Source of the DNA: an uncultured bacterium
GTDB lineage: Bacteria > Acidobacteriota > Aminicenantia > Aminicenantales > Aminicenantaceae
Reading direction: 5' to 3'
Length of the DNA stretch: 64,000 nt
Assembly: GCA_965533275.1 (NCBI GenBank)
Contig: CBESWG010000007.1
Span: forward strand, 27,440 to 91,439
Positions 17,678-25,624 of this stretch are shown piece by piece (the stretch's first letter is position 1; each line of letters starts with the position of its first letter). The translations under genes and the position numbers were made by a program. The notes beneath the pieces are model-generated. The model worked only from the letters and a program-made list of their open reading frames with translations, had not been told where the DNA came from and searched no databases.

Positions 17678-19162
17678 TTGACGTCAGAAGCCAGAGTTGC
17701 GAAGATAGTCTCGTCTGATTTGGTATTGTTTTTTGGAGAACAGCTCGTGCCGGATGATGAATATACAATCGATGAGAGGCTCCTGCAAAGGATCAATGCC
17801 TACCTGCAGAAGGACCGCGATCCCACAATCCCGGTGACGGGCTTTTTAGCGCCGGAGGAACTTGCAGAGCGGCTGGATCTGTCCCTGCCGGAAACCGGCT
17901 GCACCTTGGGCGAGCTGTACCACGCCATCGACGATTATCTCGAACACGCTGTACGGACCGGCAACACACAGTATTTCAACCAGCTCTGGTCCGGATTCAC
18001 GCTGCCTGGATTCCTGGGGGAAGTGATCACCGGCCTGACCAATACATCCATGTATACCTACGAAGTCGCACCAGTGGCTACGCTCATGGAAAAGGAGCTG
18101 ATCCGGAAAATGGGCCGGCTGGCCGGCTTTCAGGCGCCCGAGGGTTTGTTCCTCAGCGGGGGTAGCAACGGCAACCTCCAGGCCATGATGTTGGCCCGTA
18201 ACGCAGCCCTGCCGGAGGCGAAACATGAAGGCATGCCTTCAGATGTGAGGCTGGCTGCCTTCGTCTCCGGGGAGGCCCACTACTCCTATGAAAAGGCCGC
18301 CAATATCCTCGGCATAGGCATGGATCACGTGGTCAAGGTCGAGACCGATGAGGCTGGCCGAATGCGGCCCGAGGAGCTCGATCGCAGGGTCAGGGACGCC
18401 CGGGCATCCGGGATGGAGCCGTTTTTCATCGGAGCCACCGCGGGTACCACGGTCAAGGGGGCCTATGATCCCTTTGAGGAGATCGGTCCTCTGTCCAGAC
18501 AACACGGGTGCTGGTTCCATGTAGACGGCTCTCTGGGCGGGACGGCTCTCCTCAGCCCTCGCCACCGCGGCCTCCTCAAGGGACTCGAACAGGCAGATTC
18601 GTTTGTGTGGAACGCGCACAAGCTTATGGGGCTGCCCCTGATCTGTTCGGTGTTCCTGGTGCGGGAGAGGGGGAGCCTCTTCGCCTCGAATTCGGTGACC
18701 GGAGCCGATTACATCTTTCATGAGGACACGAACGGTACGGCGGACCTCGGACCCCATTCCCTGCAGTGCGGCCGCCGTGTCGATGCGCTTAAACTCTGGC
18801 TGAGCTGGAAGTACTACGGGGATAAGGGCTACGCCGAGCGTGTCGGACGTTTCTTCGAGCTGGCTGAATACGCGGAAAGGATCGTGCGGGACACCCCGGT
18901 GCTCGAACTCATGGCGCCGCGTTCTTCGGTCACCGTCTGTTTCCGCTACATGCCTCCCGATGCTGAGGAGCCCAATGAATTCAACCTCAGGCTGCGTGAG
19001 GAACTGGCCCGGAGTGGTCGGAGCCTGGTCAACTATGCGTACCTGGGTGAGGATATGGCCATGCGCCTGGTGATCGCCAACCACGAGCTGACGCGGGAAG
19101 ACGTGGATGTGTTTTTCCAGAATGTGATCTCCACGGCCGAAACATTGCTAAACCAGCCATGA
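17678..19162 (+). CDS. group II pyridoxal-phosphate-dependent amino acid decarboxylase
   Basis: 494 aa. Blocks: SGGSNGNLQAM, HVDGSLGG, NAHKLMG (PLP-lysine). The annotated start is TTG behind a purine/G-rich tract, so the exact start is uncertain. Confidence 0.85.
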   Translation: MTSEARVAKIVSSDLVLFFGEQLVPDDEYTIDERLLQRINAYLQKDRDPTIPVTGFLAPEELAERLDLSLPETGCTLGELYHAIDDYLEHAVRTGNTQYFNQLWSGFTLPGFLGEVITGLTNTSMYTYEVAPVATLMEKELIRKMGRLAGFQAPEGLFLSGGSNGNLQAMMLARNAALPEAKHEGMPSDVRLAAFVSGEAHYSYEKAANILGIGMDHVVKVETDEAGRMRPEELDRRVRDARASGMEPFFIGATAGTTVKGAYDPFEEIGPLSRQHGCWFHVDGSLGGTALLSPRHRGLLKGLEQADSFVWNAHKLMGLPLICSVFLVRERGSLFASNSVTGADYIFHEDTNGTADLGPHSLQCGRRVDALKLWLSWKYYGDKGYAERVGRFFELAEYAERIVRDTPVLELMAPRSSVTVCFRYMPPDAEEPNEFNLRLREELARSGRSLVNYAYLGEDMAMRLVIANHELTREDVDVFFQNVISTAETLLNQP

Positions 19163-19202
19163 GCGGGCCACCGCCGGTTGGATCTTTCGGAGGAGGGGGA
19201 AC

Positions 19203-20432
19203 ATGAAACGAAGATTCCATCGAAGCCTGATGATAGTCCTGGTCTTCCTGGCCGGTGTATCCTTTTCCGAGGCGGTGGAGGTCCTCAAACTGAGATGTAT
19301 CACCGCCGGCATCAACCTGCGGGCCGATGATTTTGTCGAGGTCCTGGCCCAGACACGTGAGTTCTTCGAAAAGACCATCCCCGTCCTGCATCAATTTGAC
19401 TTCCAGCTTCAGGGCGGACGGGTCTGCACCAATCCGTTCCCCTTCTATACGCGGGGGCTTTCTCCAGAGGAAACCGTCCTGAGTATCTCCCGGCTCACTG
19501 AGTTTGCCGAAGAGCTGAACATTACTCTGTCCATCGGCCCCGCGATCCAGGATAATCGCTTTGACGAGGAGATGATCGAGAAGGTGTGCGTCCTGCTCAA
19601 GGGGCTCCCAGTCAGCAGCAGCATGGTCATCTCTTCTCCCGAGCTGGGCATCCACTACGACACCATCCGGGCGGCCGCCCAGACCATCAAGGTCCTGTCC
19701 GAAATGGACCCCACACTCAATTTCAATTTTGCCGCCCTGGCCAACGTGCCTTCAGAAACACCCTTTTTCCCGGCCGCTTTTCACGACCGGGGGTACGACA
19801 GCTTCAGCATCGGCACCGAGGCTGCCGGGATTGTGATGGAGGTTTGCGCCGAGGCATCAAATGTCCTACAGGCGAAGAATATGCTTCAGGAGCGGCTCGA
19901 CTTCGAGTTCAAAAAGGTGGCGCGGTTCGGGCGTTCGATACAAATGCAGACCGGATGGCGATTCGAGGGTGTGGACACTTCGCCAGCCCCCCTCAAGGCG
20001 GTCAGCATCGGGCTGGCCGTGGAGAGCCTCGTCAAGGCTCCCTTCGGCTCACCTGGGACGCTTGCAGCCTGCGCCCTCATCACGGACGTGATTAAAGCCG
20101 TCCCGGTACCCAAGGCCGGCTACTGCGGCCTGATGCTGCCTGTGATGGAGGACAATGTGCTGGCACACAGAGCCACCGAGAGGCGGTTCGGCCTGGACGA
20201 GCTGTTGAGCTATTCAGCGGTGTGCGGGACCGGACTGGATGTGGTCCCTCTCCCCGGAGACATCTCTTTCGAAAAAATCGAACGGATCCTGTTGGATGTG
20301 GCAGCACTTTCGCTAAAGCTGAACAAGCCCCTGTCTGCAAGGCTCCTTCCGATCAAAGGCCTCGCGGCCGGAGATATGGTGGAGCTCGATTCCGAGTACC
20401 TTGTCCCGACGAGAGTGTTTCAGGTCAAGTGA
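19203..20432 (+). CDS. UPF0210/DUF711 family protein with signal-peptide-like N-terminus
   Basis: Blocks LRCITAGINL, GYCGLMLPVMEDNVL and SYSAVCGTGLDVVPLPGD match my memory of DUF711 proteins. Strong SD GGAGGAGGGGG lies directly upstream of ATG 19203. The N-terminus is MKRRFHRSLMIVLVFLAGVSFSEA. Confidence 0.75.
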   Translation: MKRRFHRSLMIVLVFLAGVSFSEAVEVLKLRCITAGINLRADDFVEVLAQTREFFEKTIPVLHQFDFQLQGGRVCTNPFPFYTRGLSPEETVLSISRLTEFAEELNITLSIGPAIQDNRFDEEMIEKVCVLLKGLPVSSSMVISSPELGIHYDTIRAAAQTIKVLSEMDPTLNFNFAALANVPSETPFFPAAFHDRGYDSFSIGTEAAGIVMEVCAEASNVLQAKNMLQERLDFEFKKVARFGRSIQMQTGWRFEGVDTSPAPLKAVSIGLAVESLVKAPFGSPGTLAACALITDVIKAVPVPKAGYCGLMLPVMEDNVLAHRATERRFGLDELLSYSAVCGTGLDVVPLPGDISFEKIERILLDVAALSLKLNKPLSARLLPIKGLAAGDMVELDSEYLVPTRVFQVK

Positions 20433-20488
20433 TAACGCCTGAATTTGTACTGCGAACGAATTGTTATTGCCGGCTATGAGACGTGGCC

Positions 20489-21502
20489 TCAGTAGGTTTC
20501 TCTGTGCAGTTCCCAGACCTCACGTTCCCCGTTGAATTTCAGGTAGTAGAAGGAATCTCTAGAGAACGCATGGGGATATGTGTCCACCAGGCTGTCTTGT
20601 TCGAACAAAGGGAAGAATCCCTCGTGAAGGACGGTTCCCTCGAGGTCAAGGATCACGAATTCGACTCCATCTCCTTCCTGCCTGTAGGTCCGCACGAAGA
20701 TCTTCCCCTCCTGAACCTGCATTCCCCGGATGGCCGGGAAGTAACGGGGATACTCGATCTTGAATCTTTGAGCAACGGCCCGCCACTCACCGCCGCCTCT
20801 CGGATGGGCCATCTGCTGCTGGATAAACTCGTCCCGATATTCCTCCGTGATTCGAATTTGTTCGCGTTCTTTGTGTATAGTACGAAGCTTTTCCCCCCTT
20901 GCACTATACACGCTGATGTGGAAGCCCAGAGTGCTGTCGGCCACGAAGACCTTGTCGTCATGCGTATCGAAGTTGAAGTAGTCATTGATCGCATAGATGA
21001 TGCCGCGCCGACGGGCCTGCTCCTGATGGTTCTGCTGCAGTACCATGAGATGCCCCTGGTCCTGGTCCAGGAGGTTGATCATGCGGTATCTTACTTCTTC
21101 CTCGTTTCGTGCGCCGAGACTCGCATATCTGTCCGCAACAGGGAGGAGGCGGACCATTGCGTACTGCCGTTTTTCGTTCAGGAGTCTGCCGGACCGTGAA
21201 TAGGTGGAAAACTTGCCGAACGTCCCAAAGAAGAGGCGGTCGGGCAGGACCTTGAGGTAGGGAGTGCGGGGAAACTCGCCGGGCCCCTCGCCCTTCTTGC
21301 CGATCGTGCGTACGGTCTGGTGTATGGAGAGCGAATACACGACCACCTGGTTGGCGGATTCGATGACGTATAGGGAATCCCCGTCTATATAGATCCTGGA
21401 AGGCCGGACAACGTCTGGATAATCCGCCAGTTTTTCTGCAGAGGCTGCTGAATTCAGAAAGATCAACAGGAGCGCGATGGCTCCGATTTTGCCTATCCTC
21501 AT
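20489..21502 (-). CDS. secreted 6-bladed beta-propeller (NHL/TolB-like) protein, paralog of 46715..47770
   Basis: Signal peptide MRIGKIGAIALLLIFLNSAASA. Same length class, repeated-strand pattern and C-terminal Y-Y/F-Y-L-K...EL-H block as 46715..47770. Confidence 0.6.
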   Translation of the reverse strand: MRIGKIGAIALLLIFLNSAASAEKLADYPDVVRPSRIYIDGDSLYVIESANQVVVYSLSIHQTVRTIGKKGEGPGEFPRTPYLKVLPDRLFFGTFGKFSTYSRSGRLLNEKRQYAMVRLLPVADRYASLGARNEEEVRYRMINLLDQDQGHLMVLQQNHQEQARRRGIIYAINDYFNFDTHDDKVFVADSTLGFHISVYSARGEKLRTIHKEREQIRITEEYRDEFIQQQMAHPRGGGEWRAVAQRFKIEYPRYFPAIRGMQVQEGKIFVRTYRQEGDGVEFVILDLEGTVLHEGFFPLFEQDSLVDTYPHAFSRDSFYYLKFNGEREVWELHRETY

Positions 21503-21616
21503 TCTACCTCCTCCAATTTCCTATCACGAACACAGCTCAGACCATCCGTGTCATCGTGAGTGCGGTGAAGCGATCCAACAGGTCATCTACTGCATCACGA
21601 ATAAAGCGAAGAACCC

Positions 21617-23326
21617 TCACTTTTTGTCGAACCGCAGATTCCACACCCGGCCTCCGGTGAGCAGGAAACCCTGGATCCGGCCCGCGCCGTCCCTCTGAAA
21701 TACGAGCCTCCGGAAATACCAACGCCTCCCGGTGAAGGTGTCTTTTTCCGTCCAGATCAGCGGGATCTCGCCGTGCCTGAAATGGTGAGCTGCGAGCCTC
21801 CCATCCCGGAACCTGAGCGAATAGGATGTCATGAGCTCCTCGCTTGTGTACACTCCCTCAATGGCTCCTATCTGAGCTTCGGACAGGGGCAGGGATTCGG
21901 TCCGCTTCCCCTCCAAGTTCTGGCCGCCGGAGAGAACGGTCAGACTCTCCACATAGTAGTCGTTGTCGGGATGGAATGTGATCACTAAATCCTCTCCCTT
22001 GACGAAATATCGGAGCATGGCCTCCGGGAAGAGCTCCACCTTGCCTCGAGCGGGATGTACAGCAAACAGGCGGTCTTCCTCCTTGATGATCTCGAGTCTG
22101 GTCCCGTCGTCCAGGCCGTAGGTCCCGACGAAGATCTCATAGTTCATAGGATCGACCTCGGCCACCTTCCGCTCGCCGGGTGGAGCCACCTGGCCTTTCT
22201 TTTCAGGAGCCGGAAGCAGGTCCTCTTCCAGGTACATCTCCGCTATCAGCTCGCCGAGACGGTTCGGGCCCATGCTCCCCAGGTTGCTCAGCACGGACAC
22301 GGCAAACTTCTGGTCTGGAAAGATCCCCAGCCAGGTCCGGAAGCCGGCATCGGCCCCGCCGTGGGAGATCATGCGAACCCCCCTGTGGTCCCGGATTCCG
22401 AGGCCAAATCCATAGGGGATCTCGCGGCCGCTGTTGAGCACGGCCAGTTCCTGCATCTGTGCCATGATTTCCGGGGTTCCTACACGGGGATCCATGAAGT
22501 TGGAGGCCCACTTGAGGAGATCCCCGACCGTGGTGAAGAGGCTGGTGGCCCCGGCGTTGGCATAGCTCAGGACGCTTTTGTGAAAGTCCCCGTTTTCCTC
22601 TGGCTTGTAGGAGTAGGCCCGCTCCGGGACGATCAGTTCATGGCTGTCGTGGAAGTGAGTATGGTTCATACCCAGCGGTTCGAACAGGTTATTTTTGGTC
22701 CAGGCAGCGAAGGATACACCTGTGACGCGCGCCACGATCTCACCCAGGAGTGTGTATCCGGTGTTGCAGTACAGGTGTTCCTCTCCGGGTTCGAAATTGA
22801 GCTCCCTCTGATGCTGGACCATGGTGAGGATGTGCTCGCGGGTGATGACGTCGTCCAGCCGCCACCCCGCCATGGCCAGCGCCTCCCACTGGTCCCGCAG
22901 GCCGCTGGTGTGGTGGATCAGGTGCCGGAGAGTGATGATGCTGCCGAAGTCCGGGACCTCGGGCAGGTATTTTCGGATGTCGTCATCCAGCGAAAGGGCT
23001 CCCTGCTGCGCAAGCAGGGTCACGGCAAAGGCAGTGAACTGCTTGGACACAGAGGCCACATGAAAAATGGTGTCCGGTGTGATGGGGACCCCGTACTCCA
23101 GCTGCGCTATCCCGTAGCCGCGGCTGAAGACGATGTTGCCGTCTCTGAGCACGGCTACAGCCGCGCCTGGGGACTCCAGCGTGTCCCATTCCCTGAACAG
23201 CGTATCGATCCGGGCCGCAAAGGGGTCATCCGGAGGATGGGGGGCCTTCTGACAGCCGGAGGCGCAGACCAGGAGTCCCAGGACTACGACAAGAATCGGG
23301 ATGTGTGTCTTTTTTCTTTGTGTCAC
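21617..23326 (-). CDS. beta-lactamase-fold serine hydrolase lipoprotein
   Basis: Lipobox-like leader LLVCASGC. S-x-x-K block ASVSKQF and Y-x-N block YCNTGY. About 150 aa of extra C-terminal beta-rich domain. Confidence 0.85.
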   Translation of the reverse strand: MTQRKKTHIPILVVVLGLLVCASGCQKAPHPPDDPFAARIDTLFREWDTLESPGAAVAVLRDGNIVFSRGYGIAQLEYGVPITPDTIFHVASVSKQFTAFAVTLLAQQGALSLDDDIRKYLPEVPDFGSIITLRHLIHHTSGLRDQWEALAMAGWRLDDVITREHILTMVQHQRELNFEPGEEHLYCNTGYTLLGEIVARVTGVSFAAWTKNNLFEPLGMNHTHFHDSHELIVPERAYSYKPEENGDFHKSVLSYANAGATSLFTTVGDLLKWASNFMDPRVGTPEIMAQMQELAVLNSGREIPYGFGLGIRDHRGVRMISHGGADAGFRTWLGIFPDQKFAVSVLSNLGSMGPNRLGELIAEMYLEEDLLPAPEKKGQVAPPGERKVAEVDPMNYEIFVGTYGLDDGTRLEIIKEEDRLFAVHPARGKVELFPEAMLRYFVKGEDLVITFHPDNDYYVESLTVLSGGQNLEGKRTESLPLSEAQIGAIEGVYTSEELMTSYSLRFRDGRLAAHHFRHGEIPLIWTEKDTFTGRRWYFRRLVFQRDGAGRIQGFLLTGGRVWNLRFDKK

Positions 23327-23350
23327 GGTGCTCCCTCAATTGAGCGGAAT

Positions 23351-24664
23351 CTATCTCACACCCCGAGATTCCAGCCATTCTCCGTCATGAAAATAGCGAA
23401 CGCCGGCCATCAGCCGCTGCCGGTACTCGTCATCCAGTTCGCTGTCGACCAGGCCCGCAGTGCGGGCCTCGTTGTGTAGCTTTCGGAAGGTGTTGCTGAA
23501 AGTCACAAAGTGGACGGAGAGATCCGGATTCAGCTCGAAGATCAGTCTGCCGTGCTCGTTAGTGAGTTCAAGGCGGCCTGTACTCTGAACCTCGATGGTC
23601 AGGATACCTTCGGTGGGATAATCTCTTCTGATATCTGTTCGGGGGAAAAGGATGTAGGAGAGCTGTGTTCCGGTTTCCAGCTCCGCACATTTGTAGTAGT
23701 CATCTGTGTGCGGGGACTGCCCTGCGATGGTGTTGGGGTTGAAGACAGCAAAGAAGCCCCTCCCGTATTCATTGCTCACACCCGAGATCAGTATTTCATC
23801 CGTACCATTGCCGTTCAGGTCGTGACAGACGATGTCCATGAGGTATCCGGCGTTCCAGTATTCGGAAAGCATGCGGCCCTGCCCGTCCAGGATGGCCAGC
23901 TGGCAGGGCCAGTCCGGTTTCTGAACAGAAATGACCAGGACCTCAGGGCTCCCGTCCTTATCCAGGTCAGCGAGTTCGAATCCCTTTATGCGGTAGTCGG
24001 CGGAATACACTTTCGGCCCGAACCGGAGCTCGCGGCCCCCCTTGAACCGCCAGAGCTCTTTTCCCAGATGGTCGAAACAGATCAGGTCTCCCTCGTTCGT
24101 CTCGTCCTGAGTCTGGATGCTGAACAGGACCTCTTTCCTTTTATTTCCAAGAATGTCTTTAATGATTATCAGAGGGAATTCAACACCGTGGGCAAGTGCC
24201 TGTTTATACTGCCAGCATACTCGGTAACTGCTGTCTGAGGCGAGGTTCTCTATGCCCGTCTCATATTCCCAGAGCCTCCTGCCGTCCTGGTTCAGGACAA
24301 TGAGGGTGGAGCCCTCGATCCTGAAATCAGCCGGATCCCTATCCAAAGAGAGGCGGTTGATGATATAGAATCCTGCCAATCCAATCAGCACGCAGGTGAC
24401 CGCGATGGTCACGATCTTGTATTCGGCCGGCATACTCAACAGCTGTCCCATTCCGTTTCCGTTCTTGGCCTGTTTCCTGAGCCAGCGGTCGAGCTCGTGT
24501 GTGTAGGCAAAGACCCGGGCCTTCTCGGATCCACCGAGGCGGTGGACCGGCAGTTTCTTTGTGACCTCCCATCGTCTGCACGTCCGTATGTCGCAGCCAA
24601 GGTGGGTGGAGATTTCCTTCCAGGAGTTCAGTCGATCCTTGGCATCTGAATTGTTTTTCTTCAT
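23351..24664 (-). CDS. membrane-anchored HTH protein with extracytoplasmic FG-GAP/VCBS-like repeats
   Basis: N-terminus SWKEISTHLGCDIRTCRRWEVTKKLPVHRL is an excisionase/MerR-like HTH. TM YKIVTIAVTCVLIGLAGFYII. Ca-binding-type loops DLDKDGSPEVLV and DLNGNGTDEILISG. ATG 24664 is preferred; ATG 24706 is possible. Confidence 0.7.
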   Translation of the reverse strand: MKKNNSDAKDRLNSWKEISTHLGCDIRTCRRWEVTKKLPVHRLGGSEKARVFAYTHELDRWLRKQAKNGNGMGQLLSMPAEYKIVTIAVTCVLIGLAGFYIINRLSLDRDPADFRIEGSTLIVLNQDGRRLWEYETGIENLASDSSYRVCWQYKQALAHGVEFPLIIIKDILGNKRKEVLFSIQTQDETNEGDLICFDHLGKELWRFKGGRELRFGPKVYSADYRIKGFELADLDKDGSPEVLVISVQKPDWPCQLAILDGQGRMLSEYWNAGYLMDIVCHDLNGNGTDEILISGVSNEYGRGFFAVFNPNTIAGQSPHTDDYYKCAELETGTQLSYILFPRTDIRRDYPTEGILTIEVQSTGRLELTNEHGRLIFELNPDLSVHFVTFSNTFRKLHNEARTAGLVDSELDDEYRQRLMAGVRYFHDGEWLESRGVR

Positions 24665-24842
24665 GAGCCTTCGTTGGGATAAATCTACAAGAACCTCTGA
24701 TTCCAAGTCAAGTGTGTTCCTGCATAAATATCTCTGCCATGTTCATTCAGTAGGTTGTTCCGATGGCTTTGGCTCCTGAATATGTTATCCTGGGATCGTT
24801 GATTAATCGGGGAGCAGATGGTCTAATAGGGCCGGCGATAAA

Positions 24843-25586
24843 ATGAACAATATACTGCAAAAAGAGATGCTGGTCAGGGCTGTAGACATCGACTTCCAGG
24901 GCAAGATCCGGGCCGACATGTTTCTCAACGGCCTCATGGAAGCCGCCTCTGAACACGCGGCCCGCCTGGGTGTGTCCGTGCTGGACATGTTCAAGCTGAA
25001 CCTCACCTGGGTCCTTTCCCGTTGGCATGTCAAGATCCAGCGCTACCCCGAGCTGTGGAAGAGCTTTAATGTACACACCTGGCCGTCTCTCCGGCAAGGG
25101 AGCTTCTCGCTGCGGGAGTTCGAGGTCTTCGACGAAAAAGGCCCCCTCGCTCTAGCCACGACTTCCTGGCTTGCTTTGAATCTCGCCACAAAAAAGCCCG
25201 TGCGGATGGAGGAGTTTCTGCCGGACTTCGAACTGGAAACGAGGCGGCCCCTGCCCGATGAGTTTGCTCCACTCCCCAGGCTCGAGGAACCCGACCTGGA
25301 GCGGGAATATCCGGTGTTCCGCAGCTACCTGGATGTCAATCGTCATGTCACAAGCACAGCCTATGTGCTGTGGGCGCTGGAGACGACGCCGGAAGACATT
25401 CTTCTCAAGCTGCGGCCTGCGGAGATCGAGATTAACTACCGGGCGGAGACCTTCTACGGAGACCGGATCGTCTCTCGTTCGCAGAGGCTGCATGAGGCTG
25501 AGCAGCTCACCTTTCTGCACACGCTGCTGCGTGCCGGGGATGAAAAAGAGTTGGCCATCCTCCGCACGGTCTGGGCGGATATTTAA
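24843..25586 (+). CDS. acyl-ACP thioesterase (double hot-dog, FatA/B-like)
   Basis: 247 aa. Blocks: VRAVDIDFQGKIR, LTWVLSRWHVKIQRYP, and in the second half YLDVNRHVTSTAYVLWALE. Confidence 0.8.
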   Translation: MNNILQKEMLVRAVDIDFQGKIRADMFLNGLMEAASEHAARLGVSVLDMFKLNLTWVLSRWHVKIQRYPELWKSFNVHTWPSLRQGSFSLREFEVFDEKGPLALATTSWLALNLATKKPVRMEEFLPDFELETRRPLPDEFAPLPRLEEPDLEREYPVFRSYLDVNRHVTSTAYVLWALETTPEDILLKLRPAEIEINYRAETFYGDRIVSRSQRLHEAEQLTFLHTLLRAGDEKELAILRTVWADI

Positions 25587-25588
25587 AA

Positions 25589-25624
25589 AACAAAAACAAA
25601 AAAGGAGCGGTCCCCGTTTTTGTT
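25589..25624. terminator. A/T-rich hairpin between convergent genes (possible bidirectional terminator)
   Basis: AACAAAAAC (25589-25597) / GTTTTTGTT (25616-25624), 9-bp stem, 18-nt loop. On the minus strand a short GC hairpin (GGA CCGC TCC) is followed by TTTTTTGTTTTTGTTTTTT. Confidence 0.3.

Noticed and set aside
22055-23479. Other long antisense ORFs. Examples: 22055-23479 (474 aa), 39094-40176, 3332-4360, 50553-51605 and 59040-59909. There are also same-strand out-of-frame ORFs such as 8838-10034 and 49978-50991.
   Set aside because: The antisense ORFs I checked (this one and 56640-59003) have the same in-register shadow-ORF explanation. The rest are assumed to be the same kind of artefact, or out-of-frame artefacts. 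All of them overlap genes with clear family motifs, lack SD sequences and have low-complexity compositions.
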